DNA of 39,929 nucleotides from Candidatus Hermodarchaeota archaeon (GCA_048885535.1 JBHLLO010000003.1:1-39929); one strand, 5' to 3'; shown: positions 1-10,316, numbered from the stretch's first letter. The notes: a model not told the origin generated them from the letters alone. A program made the numbers and translations.

Positions 1-46
1 TCGACTTGTAATCGAAAGGTCGGGGGTTCAAATCCCCCCGGGGGCT
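1..46 (+). tRNA. tRNA-Thr(UGU), 5' part outside the window
   Basis: Anticodon arm TCGA-CTTGTAA-TCGA (anticodon TGT at 7-9), variable loop AGGTC, T-arm GGGGG-TTCAAAT-CCCCC, acceptor 3' strand CGGGGGC plus discriminator T46; no encoded CCA. Confidence 0.93.
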
Positions 47-152
47 TTCATTCTAAAATAAATCTCTTTCCACGATTGTTTTGAATATTATTTTAAACAT
101 ATACTTAATATATCAAATCTTATAGAACTTAAAGACGGTATTAAAAAATAAA

Positions 153-1739
153 ATGAACAAAATTAATAGAGTAATACTATGTATCATTGACGATGTAAGT
201 TCAGAGTATTTCTTTAGTTTAATAAATAATGGATTCCTTCCAAATTTCAAAAAATTAATGATAGGTGGTACATTTTCAAAAAATTGCATAACTGATTTTC
301 CAGCAATAACTTTCCCAGCTCAAGTATCAACTATTACCGGTACTTATACAGGAGATTATCGAAGCGAATATTGCCATGGCGTCCCGATGTATGAATGGAT
401 GGACAGAAGCTATTCGCCTCCTATTTTACGATCGTATGGAACATATGGTTCTGAAAAAAGAATTCAAATCTATAATATCAATGAAGATATGGGAGATAGG
501 TGTAAAACATTAATTGAAATGATTGATGAAGGAAACTCAGTAAGCATTCCTCAATTTATTAATAGAGGGACTAACTTTTTTTTCCCTGAAAGAAAACCAA
601 AACTAATTTTATATTATCTTTTCATCAAATATTATCCAAGAATCAAAGAAATGATGGTTAGAGCGAATACAATTATAATTAAGAAATTACTTAAAACCTT
701 TGAAAATCCTGAGAATTTTTTCGAATTAAAAGAACCTCCTATTGTCTCACTTTTATGGTTTGTGACCTCTGATTTGTTAATGCATGTATTTGGTTACGAT
801 TCTTTACTTTATAAGCTAAACCTGAGACACATTGACAAAGTTATTGGTTTTTTAATCAAGGAACTTGATAAGGTAGGCTATTTAAATGATACTTTAATTG
901 CTATTACTTCTGATCATGGAAATTACAAAACAAATAAGATTGGAAGCTTAGATACTTTTTTTAAAAAAAATTGTTTAACTCAATTTCATCCTCGTAAAAA
1001 CCCAAAAGGTAATATGGATTTAGCGGAATTTGGTGGATTAGGCTTTTTTTATTTCAAGGAAAATAATCCCTACTCAAATAAAATTTGGAGACACCCTAAA
1101 ATAGAGACTCTTAGGAATTATGGTCAAAAAAAGGTGAATTTATTCCAAGAATTGTTTAGAATTGAAGGAACTGAATTAATGTATTATAGGGATTATGATA
1201 ATTCGATCGATAAGGGAAGGATTTTTCTAAAGAGAAAAAAACAGAATAATGAAGGTTTCATTACTGGATTTATCGAATATGAAGGTAATTCTAAAAATCT
1301 TAAAACAAAATACATGGTTGAAGAACATGTTGAAAAAGATATCTTCGGATACTTACATGACGAACGTGCAATAAAATTAATGGACAATAAATATCATACA
1401 ATCGATGAATGGTTAGAAGCAACATATCATTTAGATTTTCCATTATATCCTGATCTATTAGTTAGACATTTTAAAAATCCTAGAAGTTCTGATATTATTA
1501 TAAGTACGGAGGGGAGAATCGCTTATAATATAAAGCATGGTCGAAGAACAAGTAATAATTATTACTTACATGATATAGGTCTTAGAAAATGTTCTGTAGT
1601 CCCTTTAATAATATCAGGTTCTGATGAAATTCCAAATGGAGAAATAGAATACTGTAAAATAACTGATATCGTCCCAACTTTACTTAATATGTTAGGGAAG
1701 AATCCTCATGAGAGTGTCATAGGGAGAAGTTTAATTTAA
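153..1739 (+). CDS. Alkaline phosphatase superfamily protein (type I phosphodiesterase/nucleotide pyrophosphatase)
   Basis: N-terminal IIDD metal ligand, FPAITFPAQVSTITG (Thr nucleophile), DxxxH (DLLMH), TSDHG, C-terminal HD...VPLII...DIVPT. Confidence 0.85.
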   Translation: MNKINRVILCIIDDVSSEYFFSLINNGFLPNFKKLMIGGTFSKNCITDFPAITFPAQVSTITGTYTGDYRSEYCHGVPMYEWMDRSYSPPILRSYGTYGSEKRIQIYNINEDMGDRCKTLIEMIDEGNSVSIPQFINRGTNFFFPERKPKLILYYLFIKYYPRIKEMMVRANTIIIKKLLKTFENPENFFELKEPPIVSLLWFVTSDLLMHVFGYDSLLYKLNLRHIDKVIGFLIKELDKVGYLNDTLIAITSDHGNYKTNKIGSLDTFFKKNCLTQFHPRKNPKGNMDLAEFGGLGFFYFKENNPYSNKIWRHPKIETLRNYGQKKVNLFQELFRIEGTELMYYRDYDNSIDKGRIFLKRKKQNNEGFITGFIEYEGNSKNLKTKYMVEEHVEKDIFGYLHDERAIKLMDNKYHTIDEWLEATYHLDFPLYPDLLVRHFKNPRSSDIIISTEGRIAYNIKHGRRTSNNYYLHDIGLRKCSVVPLIISGSDEIPNGEIEYCKITDIVPTLLNMLGKNPHESVIGRSLI

Positions 1740-1793
1740 TTTTTAGATTTATTATTCCATTTTAAATAAAAGGCTAAATATAATATACTAAGC

Positions 1794-2720
1794 TTGACTG
1801 AAACTATTTTAATTACAGGAACGGATGGTTTCATTGGATCATATTTAAAGAAATTCTTTCTAGAAAATGGATATAAAGTTTTTGGAACTGTTTTTCTACG
1901 ACAGCCGAATGATAATGAAATCAAAATTGATTTTTGTAAAAAACAAGAATTTGAAAAATTACCCAAAAGAGATTTTAAATTTATTATACATACAATTGGA
2001 ATTGTAGATCAAACAGTTGCGAAGAAACTAATAAAAGATGTAAATGCAACTGGAACTAAACTTATTTGCAACTGGGCTTTAAACCGGAGTTGTAACCATT
2101 TTATTTTTATTAGTTCTGTATCTGCTTATGGGTATAGATTATTGGGCGAGAACCGAACAGAAAGGGAAACAAAAAGGAATTGGGGGATATTTGGAATTCC
2201 TTATATGAAATCAAAAGCAAAAGCAGAAAGATATGTCGAACAGAGTGGTCTAAATTATACAATATTGAGATTACCCCCAGTTATAGGAAAAGGAGACACT
2301 TTTCTTTCCCCAGCTATCATCCCTAAATTACTTAACGGCACCTTCTTCTTCTGTAGTAAGAAGGATCGCAAATATTCCACACTTTATATAAAAAATCTTG
2401 GCCCTATTCTTAAAAAGATCATTGAAAGCCCCCCAAGTTGCGATATATTTAATTGTACTGATTTTCAAATTACATGGAAGAGATTAGTAGAAGAATATGT
2501 GAAACACTTAGGGGTTAATTTAACAGAACAGTATAAACCCCTACTGAGTGTTTTTCGAAATTATAATGATAAGGATTATTTATTAATGATTTTTTTTAGT
2601 CGGTTTGGTTGCCAATATCCAAACGATAAATTAAAAATCAAGTACAACTTTAATCCTATTTTTTCATGGAAGGATGGCGTTAAGGAAGCAGTTGATAATT
2701 ATTTACAAAATTTAAAGTAA
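1794..2720 (+). CDS. NAD-dependent epimerase/dehydratase (extended SDR)
   Basis: ITGTDGFIG Rossmann motif, VNATGT, ISSVSAYG, YMKSK (YxxxK), ILRLP; TTG start. Confidence 0.9.
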   Translation: MTETILITGTDGFIGSYLKKFFLENGYKVFGTVFLRQPNDNEIKIDFCKKQEFEKLPKRDFKFIIHTIGIVDQTVAKKLIKDVNATGTKLICNWALNRSCNHFIFISSVSAYGYRLLGENRTERETKRNWGIFGIPYMKSKAKAERYVEQSGLNYTILRLPPVIGKGDTFLSPAIIPKLLNGTFFFCSKKDRKYSTLYIKNLGPILKKIIESPPSCDIFNCTDFQITWKRLVEEYVKHLGVNLTEQYKPLLSVFRNYNDKDYLLMIFFSRFGCQYPNDKLKIKYNFNPIFSWKDGVKEAVDNYLQNLK

Positions 2721-2870
2721 TTAAAAGATAAAATTGAAAAAAAATTCGTGATACTGTAATGTACTAAAAGTGAATTGTTATAAAGTTATAATTATATTAT
2801 TAATATTATTTCAATGAGCTAGTCTAGACTTAATAGCTTTGAGAATTATCACAAAATTGTTGTTTTATTT

Positions 2871-3488
2871 ATGGTTCAGTTAAATAAAATTATTGAACAA
2901 TTAAAAAGGATGCGAAATATAGTTCGCATAACGGTAGTGGGAGATGGAGCAGTAGGAAAAACTACATTAGTCCAAGCTATTCTTAGATTAACTCAAGATT
3001 GTGCTGATGATCCCCCCATTACAAATTTTATGGAAACAAAAAAGATAAAACGAACTCCCTTTATGGAAATAGAATCTTGGAATTATAAAGATCTATTAAT
3101 TCAGTGTTATGATTTGGCAGGGCAACGGAGTCCAGGGGCTCATCCTTTAGATATTTTGCAAAACCAAGTTATAAGCTCAATTGATATATTTATCTTTGTT
3201 TTCTCAGTTGATAGATACGAATCTTTTGAAAATCTCAACAATTGGATAACATTAATGCATTTAAATAATTCATATACAAATAAAAATAGTGGATTAATTC
3301 TTGTTGGAAATAAAATTGATCTAAATTATAATGTGTCAAAAGAATTTATTCAATCAATAGTGGGAGAAACTAAATATTTTCAATCTTATATTGAAACGAG
3401 CGCAACAAAAGGAATAGGTATCGATGAACTATTGGATGAGATTGCCAACACTGGAAAAAATCTTCTTGATGCAAACATGGGAGGCTAG
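2871..3488 (+). CDS. Ras/Rab-like small GTPase (divergent)
   Basis: G1 GDGAVGKT, G2 Thr (RTPF), G3 DLAGQ, G4 GNKID, G5 ETSAT; no C-terminal Cys. Confidence 0.9.
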   Translation: MVQLNKIIEQLKRMRNIVRITVVGDGAVGKTTLVQAILRLTQDCADDPPITNFMETKKIKRTPFMEIESWNYKDLLIQCYDLAGQRSPGAHPLDILQNQVISSIDIFIFVFSVDRYESFENLNNWITLMHLNNSYTNKNSGLILVGNKIDLNYNVSKEFIQSIVGETKYFQSYIETSATKGIGIDELLDEIANTGKNLLDANMGG

Positions 3489-3543
3489 TTCATAGATTTG
3501 AAATAATCTTTGTTGTTTAACAACTTATAGATGAAAAAATCAT

Positions 3544-5763
3544 ATGACTATAGTAAATTGCAAGCTCTGTAATGAGAAGATTAGTTTTGATCTCCAAGAT
3601 AAAGGTTCATATTTGCATAAAGTTGAATCTGGGAATCCAATGATAGGAAAACTCTTCACTGTACGCGTAAGTCATCTGACTAGTAGAGGATTATTCCATA
3701 TTAATGTAGTTGTTATTGATGAAAAAGGAGAATATCGAGCTCATAAAGATTATTATGAAGAAAAAGAACTAAAACAGAAGATTTCCGATAAATGGGAACT
3801 GCTATTACGCCAAATTCCTATAGAAATTAGGTCTTACTTAACTTTAGCAAATGATAATGAAAAAAGAATCCTATCTTCAATAGCGGACCCATTGAATAAG
3901 CCTGCTAGTGAATTATATTATAATTTAGCAAGATTTAAACTCGAAAATCCATTTAGCCAATTATTGAATTTTTTAGCCGTGAAGTGGGGCTTTATAATTG
4001 GAAAAGGAAAAATCCTTTTACAGGAGAAATATCTTTCCAATTCTTGGAGTTATCCCATATATCTACGCTTACAAGCAAGATTTTCCCCAAAACCAGAACT
4101 GGTTGAGACTATAAAAAATTTGGATTTTAGTTCATACCCAATTTTGATGCAATTAGAAGGAGCAATTGCAAAAGCTGAAATATTTCTTCGTTTAAGTGAA
4201 TATAATTTATTAGAGGAATTATATAATGATTCGCTAAAAAAATGGGGTAATGAAACATCTATTGAAATGAAAACGGGATGGATGCTAATTCAAGGTTATT
4301 ACGGATTTGGTTTTTATTTTCTAGGAAATATTAATAAAGCAATAAAATTGATAGAGCCAGTTTTTAATTTTGGGCAGATAATTGAGAATCGTGAAATCAT
4401 TAATGTTGTTGGGAACTTTTATGCGGCAGTTCTTCAATCCAGTGGGGAGTTAGAAAAAACTTTGCAGACCTATCACATTGTTTTGGATGTGAGCGAAGAT
4501 ATGGGAGATGAGAGAACAAAAGCAGTAATTTCATCAAATATGTCTGTCGTTGAATCAAAACAAGGGTTATATGATCAAGCCCTAGAGCGTCAGAGAGCTA
4601 TTTTGGAATTACCTATTGTTAAGGATGAATACTTCTTAAAGATGTCTCTTCAGGCTATTATAGCTGAAACTCTTTTCATTGCCGAGCGTTATGATGAATC
4701 AATAGAATTGTGTAAAACACTGATTTTTGACAGAAGTATGCCTACAAATTATAAGTTCGATACGCTTTCTACTCTTAAGAAGATTGCTGGTAAAACAGAT
4801 TCTCCTGAATTGTTAGAATTTGTCAGAAATCATTTGATAGATGATAGAGAATTTTTAGAATCTCCAGTAAATAAAATTTTCAATTTTGATTTACAGGCTA
4901 TTAGTACTAAGCTGCAGGGAAGCTGGCAAGAATTAATTGATTACTTGAAAAAAGAACGCGAAATAATGTTTAGTTACAATTTAATAGAAGATGCTAGTGA
5001 CATAGAAATTAGGCTTGCTGAAGGTTATTTTAAATTATATCAGCACTTTGAAAGACTTGAAGATTTGAATCATGCATATAGTCATTTAGATCTCGCTAAA
5101 ATGATTGCATTCGAACGACAGAATTATTTAGACTTATGCAGATTAGAGATTCTCAAAGGATTACTTGCGAGTGAAAGTAAAGTAATAGATCAAGCAGAAT
5201 TAAATTTTAAAAATGCATTAAAAATAGCACAGGAGCATAACTTACAAAATTTAGAAGATCAAATTGTTGAGCATCTTGATCAGCTAGAGAAAGGAATAAT
5301 AGAAAAATCAGCAAGTTCATTTTTACGAAAATTATTTAATAGGTTATCATTCAGAAAAGCTGAAGAGTTAAAACCCAAGAAGAAGGGTGTTGTCTATTCA
5401 ATATGTATAGCAACTCAAGATTCGACTTGGAAATTGGTATTACAAAATGAAAAGATGGGAACTCCTGAATATACATATTATTTATTAGGTTTTCGTGATT
5501 TATGGGAAGAGTTAAGGAGAAATAATCTTAAGCAACAATTAAATTATTTTAATGTTGATAAAGGAGCAGTTTTGGTTGAACATTCTCCTAATTTTCAATT
5601 AATTGCTATATGCGATCAAGTAGACTATTTAACAAGATTAGCGATTCAAAATATTCTACCCTCATTGGAAGATTTTTCTTTTAAGTATATTCCTGAAGAA
5701 TTATCTGAAAAGGTATTAGAACTTATAAATAATAATATCACAAAATTCATTAAAGTTGAATAG
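3544..5763 (+). CDS. Multidomain protein: N-terminal CxxC/H/H putative Zn-binding domain, TPR-like helical repeats, C-terminal longin-like domain
   Basis: CKLC...SH...FHINVVVID; TPR-like units (YFLGNINKAIKLI, QSSGELEKTLQTY, KQGLYDQALE, AERYDESIELC, DQAELNFKNALKIA); the last ~125 aa show a beta-beta-alpha-beta-beta-beta-alpha-alpha pattern. Confidence 0.7.
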   Translation: MTIVNCKLCNEKISFDLQDKGSYLHKVESGNPMIGKLFTVRVSHLTSRGLFHINVVVIDEKGEYRAHKDYYEEKELKQKISDKWELLLRQIPIEIRSYLTLANDNEKRILSSIADPLNKPASELYYNLARFKLENPFSQLLNFLAVKWGFIIGKGKILLQEKYLSNSWSYPIYLRLQARFSPKPELVETIKNLDFSSYPILMQLEGAIAKAEIFLRLSEYNLLEELYNDSLKKWGNETSIEMKTGWMLIQGYYGFGFYFLGNINKAIKLIEPVFNFGQIIENREIINVVGNFYAAVLQSSGELEKTLQTYHIVLDVSEDMGDERTKAVISSNMSVVESKQGLYDQALERQRAILELPIVKDEYFLKMSLQAIIAETLFIAERYDESIELCKTLIFDRSMPTNYKFDTLSTLKKIAGKTDSPELLEFVRNHLIDDREFLESPVNKIFNFDLQAISTKLQGSWQELIDYLKKEREIMFSYNLIEDASDIEIRLAEGYFKLYQHFERLEDLNHAYSHLDLAKMIAFERQNYLDLCRLEILKGLLASESKVIDQAELNFKNALKIAQEHNLQNLEDQIVEHLDQLEKGIIEKSASSFLRKLFNRLSFRKAEELKPKKKGVVYSICIATQDSTWKLVLQNEKMGTPEYTYYLLGFRDLWEELRRNNLKQQLNYFNVDKGAVLVEHSPNFQLIAICDQVDYLTRLAIQNILPSLEDFSFKYIPEELSEKVLELINNNITKFIKVE

Positions 5764-5795
5764 ATTATTTAATACATTACAAGAGGTTATTAAAA

Positions 5796-6812
5796 ATGGA
5801 GCCAAAAAATGCAACATCAAATGCCCTTGAATATGTTTTAGAAGCTAAACCAGGAGAATCAATACTTATAATTTCTGATGATCTAAAAAAAGAAGTTGGT
5901 CAAGCATTTGCCGAAGGAGCAATTGAATTAGGTTTATGGACACGATTGATAGTTTTGAAAACAGAATCAAATGTATTCAGAAAAGAAATACCGAGTAAAT
6001 TGGTAGAAATATTTAACTCATCCTTTAAACCAGATATTTACATTAACACTTTTAGAGATACTGCTAAAGAAACACCTTTCAGAATTAAGATAATTCAATT
6101 ACAAACTCGAAAACGTCAATCTCGACTTGGTCACTGTCCTGGTATAACAAATGATATGTTAACAGAGGGAGCATTATCACTTACACGAGAGGAGTATAAT
6201 GAAATGCAAACTAACGCTCGAATGTTATTAAGTATACTACAAGATGTTGATAAAGTGATTGTGAAGGCACCAGCAGGTTCAGATTTTGAATTAAGTGTTC
6301 GAGGTCGTACATGGTTTAGTGATACCTTTTTAAATTGGAAGGAAATGAAATGGATGAATTTACCTACTGGAGAAGTTCTTGTAGGTCCAATTGAAACATC
6401 CATGAGAGGAATTTTAGTTTGTGACTTAGCAATTGGAGGGATCGGTCCTATTAAAAAATTAATCAAACTAAAGATCAAAGATGGTCGTGTTGAGAATATA
6501 GAAAGTGATGATGATGAAATTTTAAAGATTGTTAAAGACACACAAGCTACTGACGAGATGGCAAAATATATTGGAGAATTCGCTTTTGGACTCAACCCCA
6601 AAGCCAGATTAGTAGAACAGTTTCTTGAGTCAGAAAAAGTGGGAAATACAGTACATGTTGCTTTTGGAAATAACATGGATTATCCAGGTATAGTAGCAAA
6701 TAATTCGGCAAATCATCAAGACTTTTTGATTAATAAACCAACAGTAGAAATAATCTACTCCAATGGAAATTCCAGAAGAGTCATGGAAAAAGGAAAATTA
6801 CTCTTAGATTAA
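5796..6812 (+). CDS. M29-family (thermophilic metalloprotease/AmpS-like) aminopeptidase
   Basis: NLPTGEV, IGEFAFGLNP, EKVGNTVHVAFG, HQD metal-binding motifs. Confidence 0.85.
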   Translation: MEPKNATSNALEYVLEAKPGESILIISDDLKKEVGQAFAEGAIELGLWTRLIVLKTESNVFRKEIPSKLVEIFNSSFKPDIYINTFRDTAKETPFRIKIIQLQTRKRQSRLGHCPGITNDMLTEGALSLTREEYNEMQTNARMLLSILQDVDKVIVKAPAGSDFELSVRGRTWFSDTFLNWKEMKWMNLPTGEVLVGPIETSMRGILVCDLAIGGIGPIKKLIKLKIKDGRVENIESDDDEILKIVKDTQATDEMAKYIGEFAFGLNPKARLVEQFLESEKVGNTVHVAFGNNMDYPGIVANNSANHQDFLINKPTVEIIYSNGNSRRVMEKGKLLLD

Positions 6813-6854
6813 TCGTATGCTGAAATTTTTAGAAGCTAATTCTATTTTTAAACA

Positions 6855-7961
6855 TTAAGTTTTAATTTTAGGAGGAAGGATAAATACTTCTCTATTTCCA
6901 GTCCTTTTTAATATTATTGCATTGTTTGGGCAGTGTTGTACACAGACTCCACATCCAATACATCGACTTTTATTTAGCTTAGCAATTCCATCCAATATTG
7001 ATATGGCTTCCAAGGGACATTTTTCTTCACATGTGCCACATCCAATGCATTTCTCTCCAATAACTTCAGTTAAATAGCTTGTAAAACAATGATATGGCAT
7101 TATACCCCTCCAATATAATGAAAAAATACCGCAACAACATCTACAACAATTACAAATAGCTTCTTCATCTAAATCTGGTTTTAAATGTACATGAAATGCT
7201 TTATGCACCAAACTTTCATCAGAAGCTCTGTTTATTATCCTTTTAGCGTCACCTTGAGAAATTGGACGACCAAAATTATGTTGAATAGCAAATTGGGCGC
7301 TTTTTCCAAATAGAAAGCAATTCTCTCTTTCTTTAGTAACAACACAAGATTTATTTAGCAGATCCTTTTCATGACGGCAATAACAATGGACAATTGCAAT
7401 GTCTTTATATTTTTCTACAATTTTAGATACTTCCTCATGAGGTAAAATGGTATCTACGGGAATCTCTTCAATCTTTGCTTCTACAGGAACAACTCTAGTA
7501 ATTGGAGGAAATTTTTTAAATTGTGAAACGATATGATCATAATTCCTCTGTGTTCCTTCACTCAATTCATCAAAAATTTTATCAAAGAGTTGAGCAAGTA
7601 TTTTTTTGTCTTCTCCATTCTCTCCCCTCATAAACTGCATTTCGAATAATCCGGGGTATGGTCCTAATAAGCGGTAAACCATCAATCCACTCCTCCTACT
7701 TGGGATTCCTACTACCACCCCTTTATTCATTAGTCTAGTCAATACTTCATTTAAAACAATTTCATCTAAGTCTATATTCTTCTTTATTTCATTAATATTC
7801 ATTGAAGGTTTTTTGAAAACCAAGATGAATTTGGCTTCCTCCTCAGTAAGAATCATCTTTAGTAAATTAATAAGAGTATTATTTACTACCATAGGCAATT
7901 GCCCAGCTTTAACTATTGTTCGGGCTGCTTTATACCATAGTTTTTCGATTTTTTCAAACAT
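6855..7961 (-). CDS. 4Fe-4S dicluster ferredoxin-domain protein with N-terminal HTH-like region
   Basis: CIGCGTCEEKCP and CIGCGVCVQHCP; additional Cys clusters CYCRH and ICNCCRCCCG. Confidence 0.88.
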   Translation of the reverse strand: MFEKIEKLWYKAARTIVKAGQLPMVVNNTLINLLKMILTEEEAKFILVFKKPSMNINEIKKNIDLDEIVLNEVLTRLMNKGVVVGIPSRRSGLMVYRLLGPYPGLFEMQFMRGENGEDKKILAQLFDKIFDELSEGTQRNYDHIVSQFKKFPPITRVVPVEAKIEEIPVDTILPHEEVSKIVEKYKDIAIVHCYCRHEKDLLNKSCVVTKERENCFLFGKSAQFAIQHNFGRPISQGDAKRIINRASDESLVHKAFHVHLKPDLDEEAICNCCRCCCGIFSLYWRGIMPYHCFTSYLTEVIGEKCIGCGTCEEKCPLEAISILDGIAKLNKSRCIGCGVCVQHCPNNAIILKRTGNREVFILPPKIKT

Positions 7962-8065
7962 GATCCAGCATTAAAAATGTGTTATCCCCTAATATTCTGC
8001 ATGAATAAAACTATCGCAGTTTAATTATATTACGTTTCTTTTTTAGAAACAAATTAAAAGAAAGT

Positions 8066-8500
8066 TCATAAAGGTTCTCTCACCAAGTAGTATGTTTTCT
8101 CTGAATTACATTTTGGACAGTTTACTTTACTATCTTTTGAAGCTGTAACATCTTCCCATTCTTCATTACAATTCAAGCATCCATATCCGATTAAGCCTTT
8201 TTTAATATCAACATTGCCTCCATACACTTTTATAAACTTTCCCTCCATTAAAGCTTGGGTTACTTTTTGGTGACCACTCTCTAATATTCTAGAAAAAGTA
8301 GGTTGAGATACGCCCATTTTTTCAGCAGAATCTTTCTGATTTAAATTGATATAATGTTTAAGGCGTAGGGCCTCGAACTCAGCCATACTTATAACTACAT
8401 GGTTCTCAAATGATCTGTCTCCTGTTATCCCATGAAAGTATTGATTATCAGGAGGCATTTTTATCATTCTTATTCTTGTTCGGCGTCCCATAATAATCAT
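8066..8500 (-). CDS. DUF134 (UPF0251) predicted DNA-binding protein with C-terminal Zn ribbon
   Basis: MGRRTRIR...EFEALRLKHY..LNQKDSAEKMGVSQPTFSRIL...KVTQALMEGK; CLNCNEEW...CPKCNS. Probable start at the second Met (8491). Confidence 0.88.
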   Translation of the reverse strand: MIIMGRRTRIRMIKMPPDNQYFHGITGDRSFENHVVISMAEFEALRLKHYINLNQKDSAEKMGVSQPTFSRILESGHQKVTQALMEGKFIKVYGGNVDIKKGLIGYGCLNCNEEWEDVTASKDSKVNCPKCNSEKTYYLVREPL

Positions 8501-8750
8501 TGAGAATTAATCTATATTTAAAATATTTATTCATTTAATTATTCAAAATTTTTACAATTTTAATCCTTTGGTTTTACTTTATAAGGTTTTATTATCACCT
8601 TGATGAATAATATTATAATCACCATTGAATAACAAGTCTATTATAAACATTTAATAATACAAACATCTAATCTATCTTCAATTTTAATTAAAAAAGGAGT
8701 CGATATCTATAGTCGAAAAAGAAATTGAAATTCAACATTCAAAAAAAAAT

Positions 8751-10097
8751 ATGGCTTCTTATGGTTTTGCTAAATTTTTAAGTGAATTTATTGAAATGGC
8801 TTTTACAACATGGGCTTTCGCTTATTATCAAAGTGTACTTGGATTACACCCAATTTATGTTGGAATAGGTTTTGCTATTTTTGCGATATGGAATGCTGTC
8901 AATGATCCTCTTTTGGGTTTTATAACAAATAGACCTTTCAGATTTACTAGAAAGTGGGGTCGCAGATTTCCTTGGATTATAATTGGGGGCATTCCTTACA
9001 TCTTAAGTTATACATTAATATTTTTACCTATTAATGTAGATCCTGTGTCCGATGCTTGGATACTTTTCACATGGTTGGTTTTCTCTACATGTTTATATGA
9101 TACATTTAATTCAATATTTTTCATAAATTACGTTTCTTTGTTCCCTGATAAATTTCGATCAGTTAAAGAACGTAGAACCGCTACAGCAATACAAACGCCT
9201 ATTGGAATTATTGGTATTGCTCTTGGTTTTCTTATACCTCCATTAATAGTTGATGATGCGTTTCCCTTCACCTTCATCATTCAAGCAGTGATAATTAGTG
9301 CTATAGGTCTAGGAGTACTAGCTTTAGCAATACCAGGATGCACAGAAGATCAAATAACTATTGATAGATATCTCGATAAACATAAAGATTATGCTAAAGA
9401 AACGTCATTCTTCAAATCTTTAAAAACAGCTTTGAAACAAAAAAATTTTATGATTTTTATTATTAGTTACACCCTTTATCGCTTTTTAATTATTTCAATT
9501 CAAGCATCAATTTATTACGTCGTTACATTTGTAATGGGTGAACAAGAAGAAATTATGACCTATCTTTCAGCGAGTTTTCTTATTGGTGCCTTATTTAGTT
9601 CCCCTCTATGGGCTTTATTAGCGCATAAAACAAACAATAATAAAAAAGTTATGGTCATTTCTAGTTTTATGCTTGTAGCTACTACAATTCCATTAATGTT
9701 TATTGATAACTGGGTTTTTATGCTTTTCCCAATTGTTTTATGGGGAGTAGGAGAAGGAGGATATTGGGCAATGATAGCTCCGGTATTAGGTGATGTAATT
9801 GATGAGAGTGTCACTATTACAAAAAAGAGAGAAGAGGGAGTATATAATGGATTCCTTCAGTTTTTTGGTAGACTCAGCCTTCTTATGCAAGCTGGTTCAT
9901 TTACTATTATTATGCTTATAACCTCATTTCATATCGATCCCTATTCAGGAGAGGCTCTTCTTGGAATTGATCTCTTTTTTGCAGTGATTCCTGGTATTGC
10001 AATGTTAATTGGAAGTATTATATTCCTAAAGTATTATAAACTAACTCCTAATAAAGTTAAAGAAAATCAAGAAATAGTTAAAGAATTAGGCTTGTAG
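8751..10097 (+). CDS. MFS transporter, glycoside-pentoside-hexuronide (MelB-like) family
   Basis: WNAVNDPLLG, KWGRRFPWI, DVIDE...REEGVYNG, about 12 hydrophobic segments. The true start may be ATA 8709 (see findings). Confidence 0.9.
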   Translation: MASYGFAKFLSEFIEMAFTTWAFAYYQSVLGLHPIYVGIGFAIFAIWNAVNDPLLGFITNRPFRFTRKWGRRFPWIIIGGIPYILSYTLIFLPINVDPVSDAWILFTWLVFSTCLYDTFNSIFFINYVSLFPDKFRSVKERRTATAIQTPIGIIGIALGFLIPPLIVDDAFPFTFIIQAVIISAIGLGVLALAIPGCTEDQITIDRYLDKHKDYAKETSFFKSLKTALKQKNFMIFIISYTLYRFLIISIQASIYYVVTFVMGEQEEIMTYLSASFLIGALFSSPLWALLAHKTNNNKKVMVISSFMLVATTIPLMFIDNWVFMLFPIVLWGVGEGGYWAMIAPVLGDVIDESVTITKKREEGVYNGFLQFFGRLSLLMQAGSFTIIMLITSFHIDPYSGEALLGIDLFFAVIPGIAMLIGSIIFLKYYKLTPNKVKENQEIVKELGL

Positions 10098-10316
10098 ATC
10101 CCCCTAATAACTTTTTTTTTCCTAATTGTTATAAAAATTGATAATTTTAAAAAATAATCTCATCTAAAATGATTATAAGAATTAGAAAAAATTGGTTGAG
10201 TACATAAATCAATAAACTGGTGAATTATAATTCGATATATAGAATATCAAATAATAGTTGGTGATGCTCCTCCTAAAATTATTACTGAGGAGATAAAAAA
10301 AATTGCTACTCCAGAA

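Noticed and set aside
1-60. tRNA-Thr 3' end as an integration (att) site
   Set aside because: I saw no second copy of the tRNA 3' end and no integrase in the window; the downstream genes look chromosomal.
3477-3488. GTPase ends in ...MGG, like a ubiquitin di-glycine tail
   Set aside because: There is no beta-grasp domain and no E1/E2/JAB gene nearby; most likely chance.
6855-8500. Selenocysteine or pyrrolysine read-through in the Cys-rich genes
   Set aside because: The Cys motifs are complete with ordinary codons; the TGA ending DUF134 is followed by TAA four codons later; no convincing SECIS.
1193-9814. Short antisense ORFs 1193-1387, 1736-1966, 6131-6676 and 9560-9814
   Set aside because: They overlap well-supported genes on the opposite strand and have no motifs; shadow ORFs.
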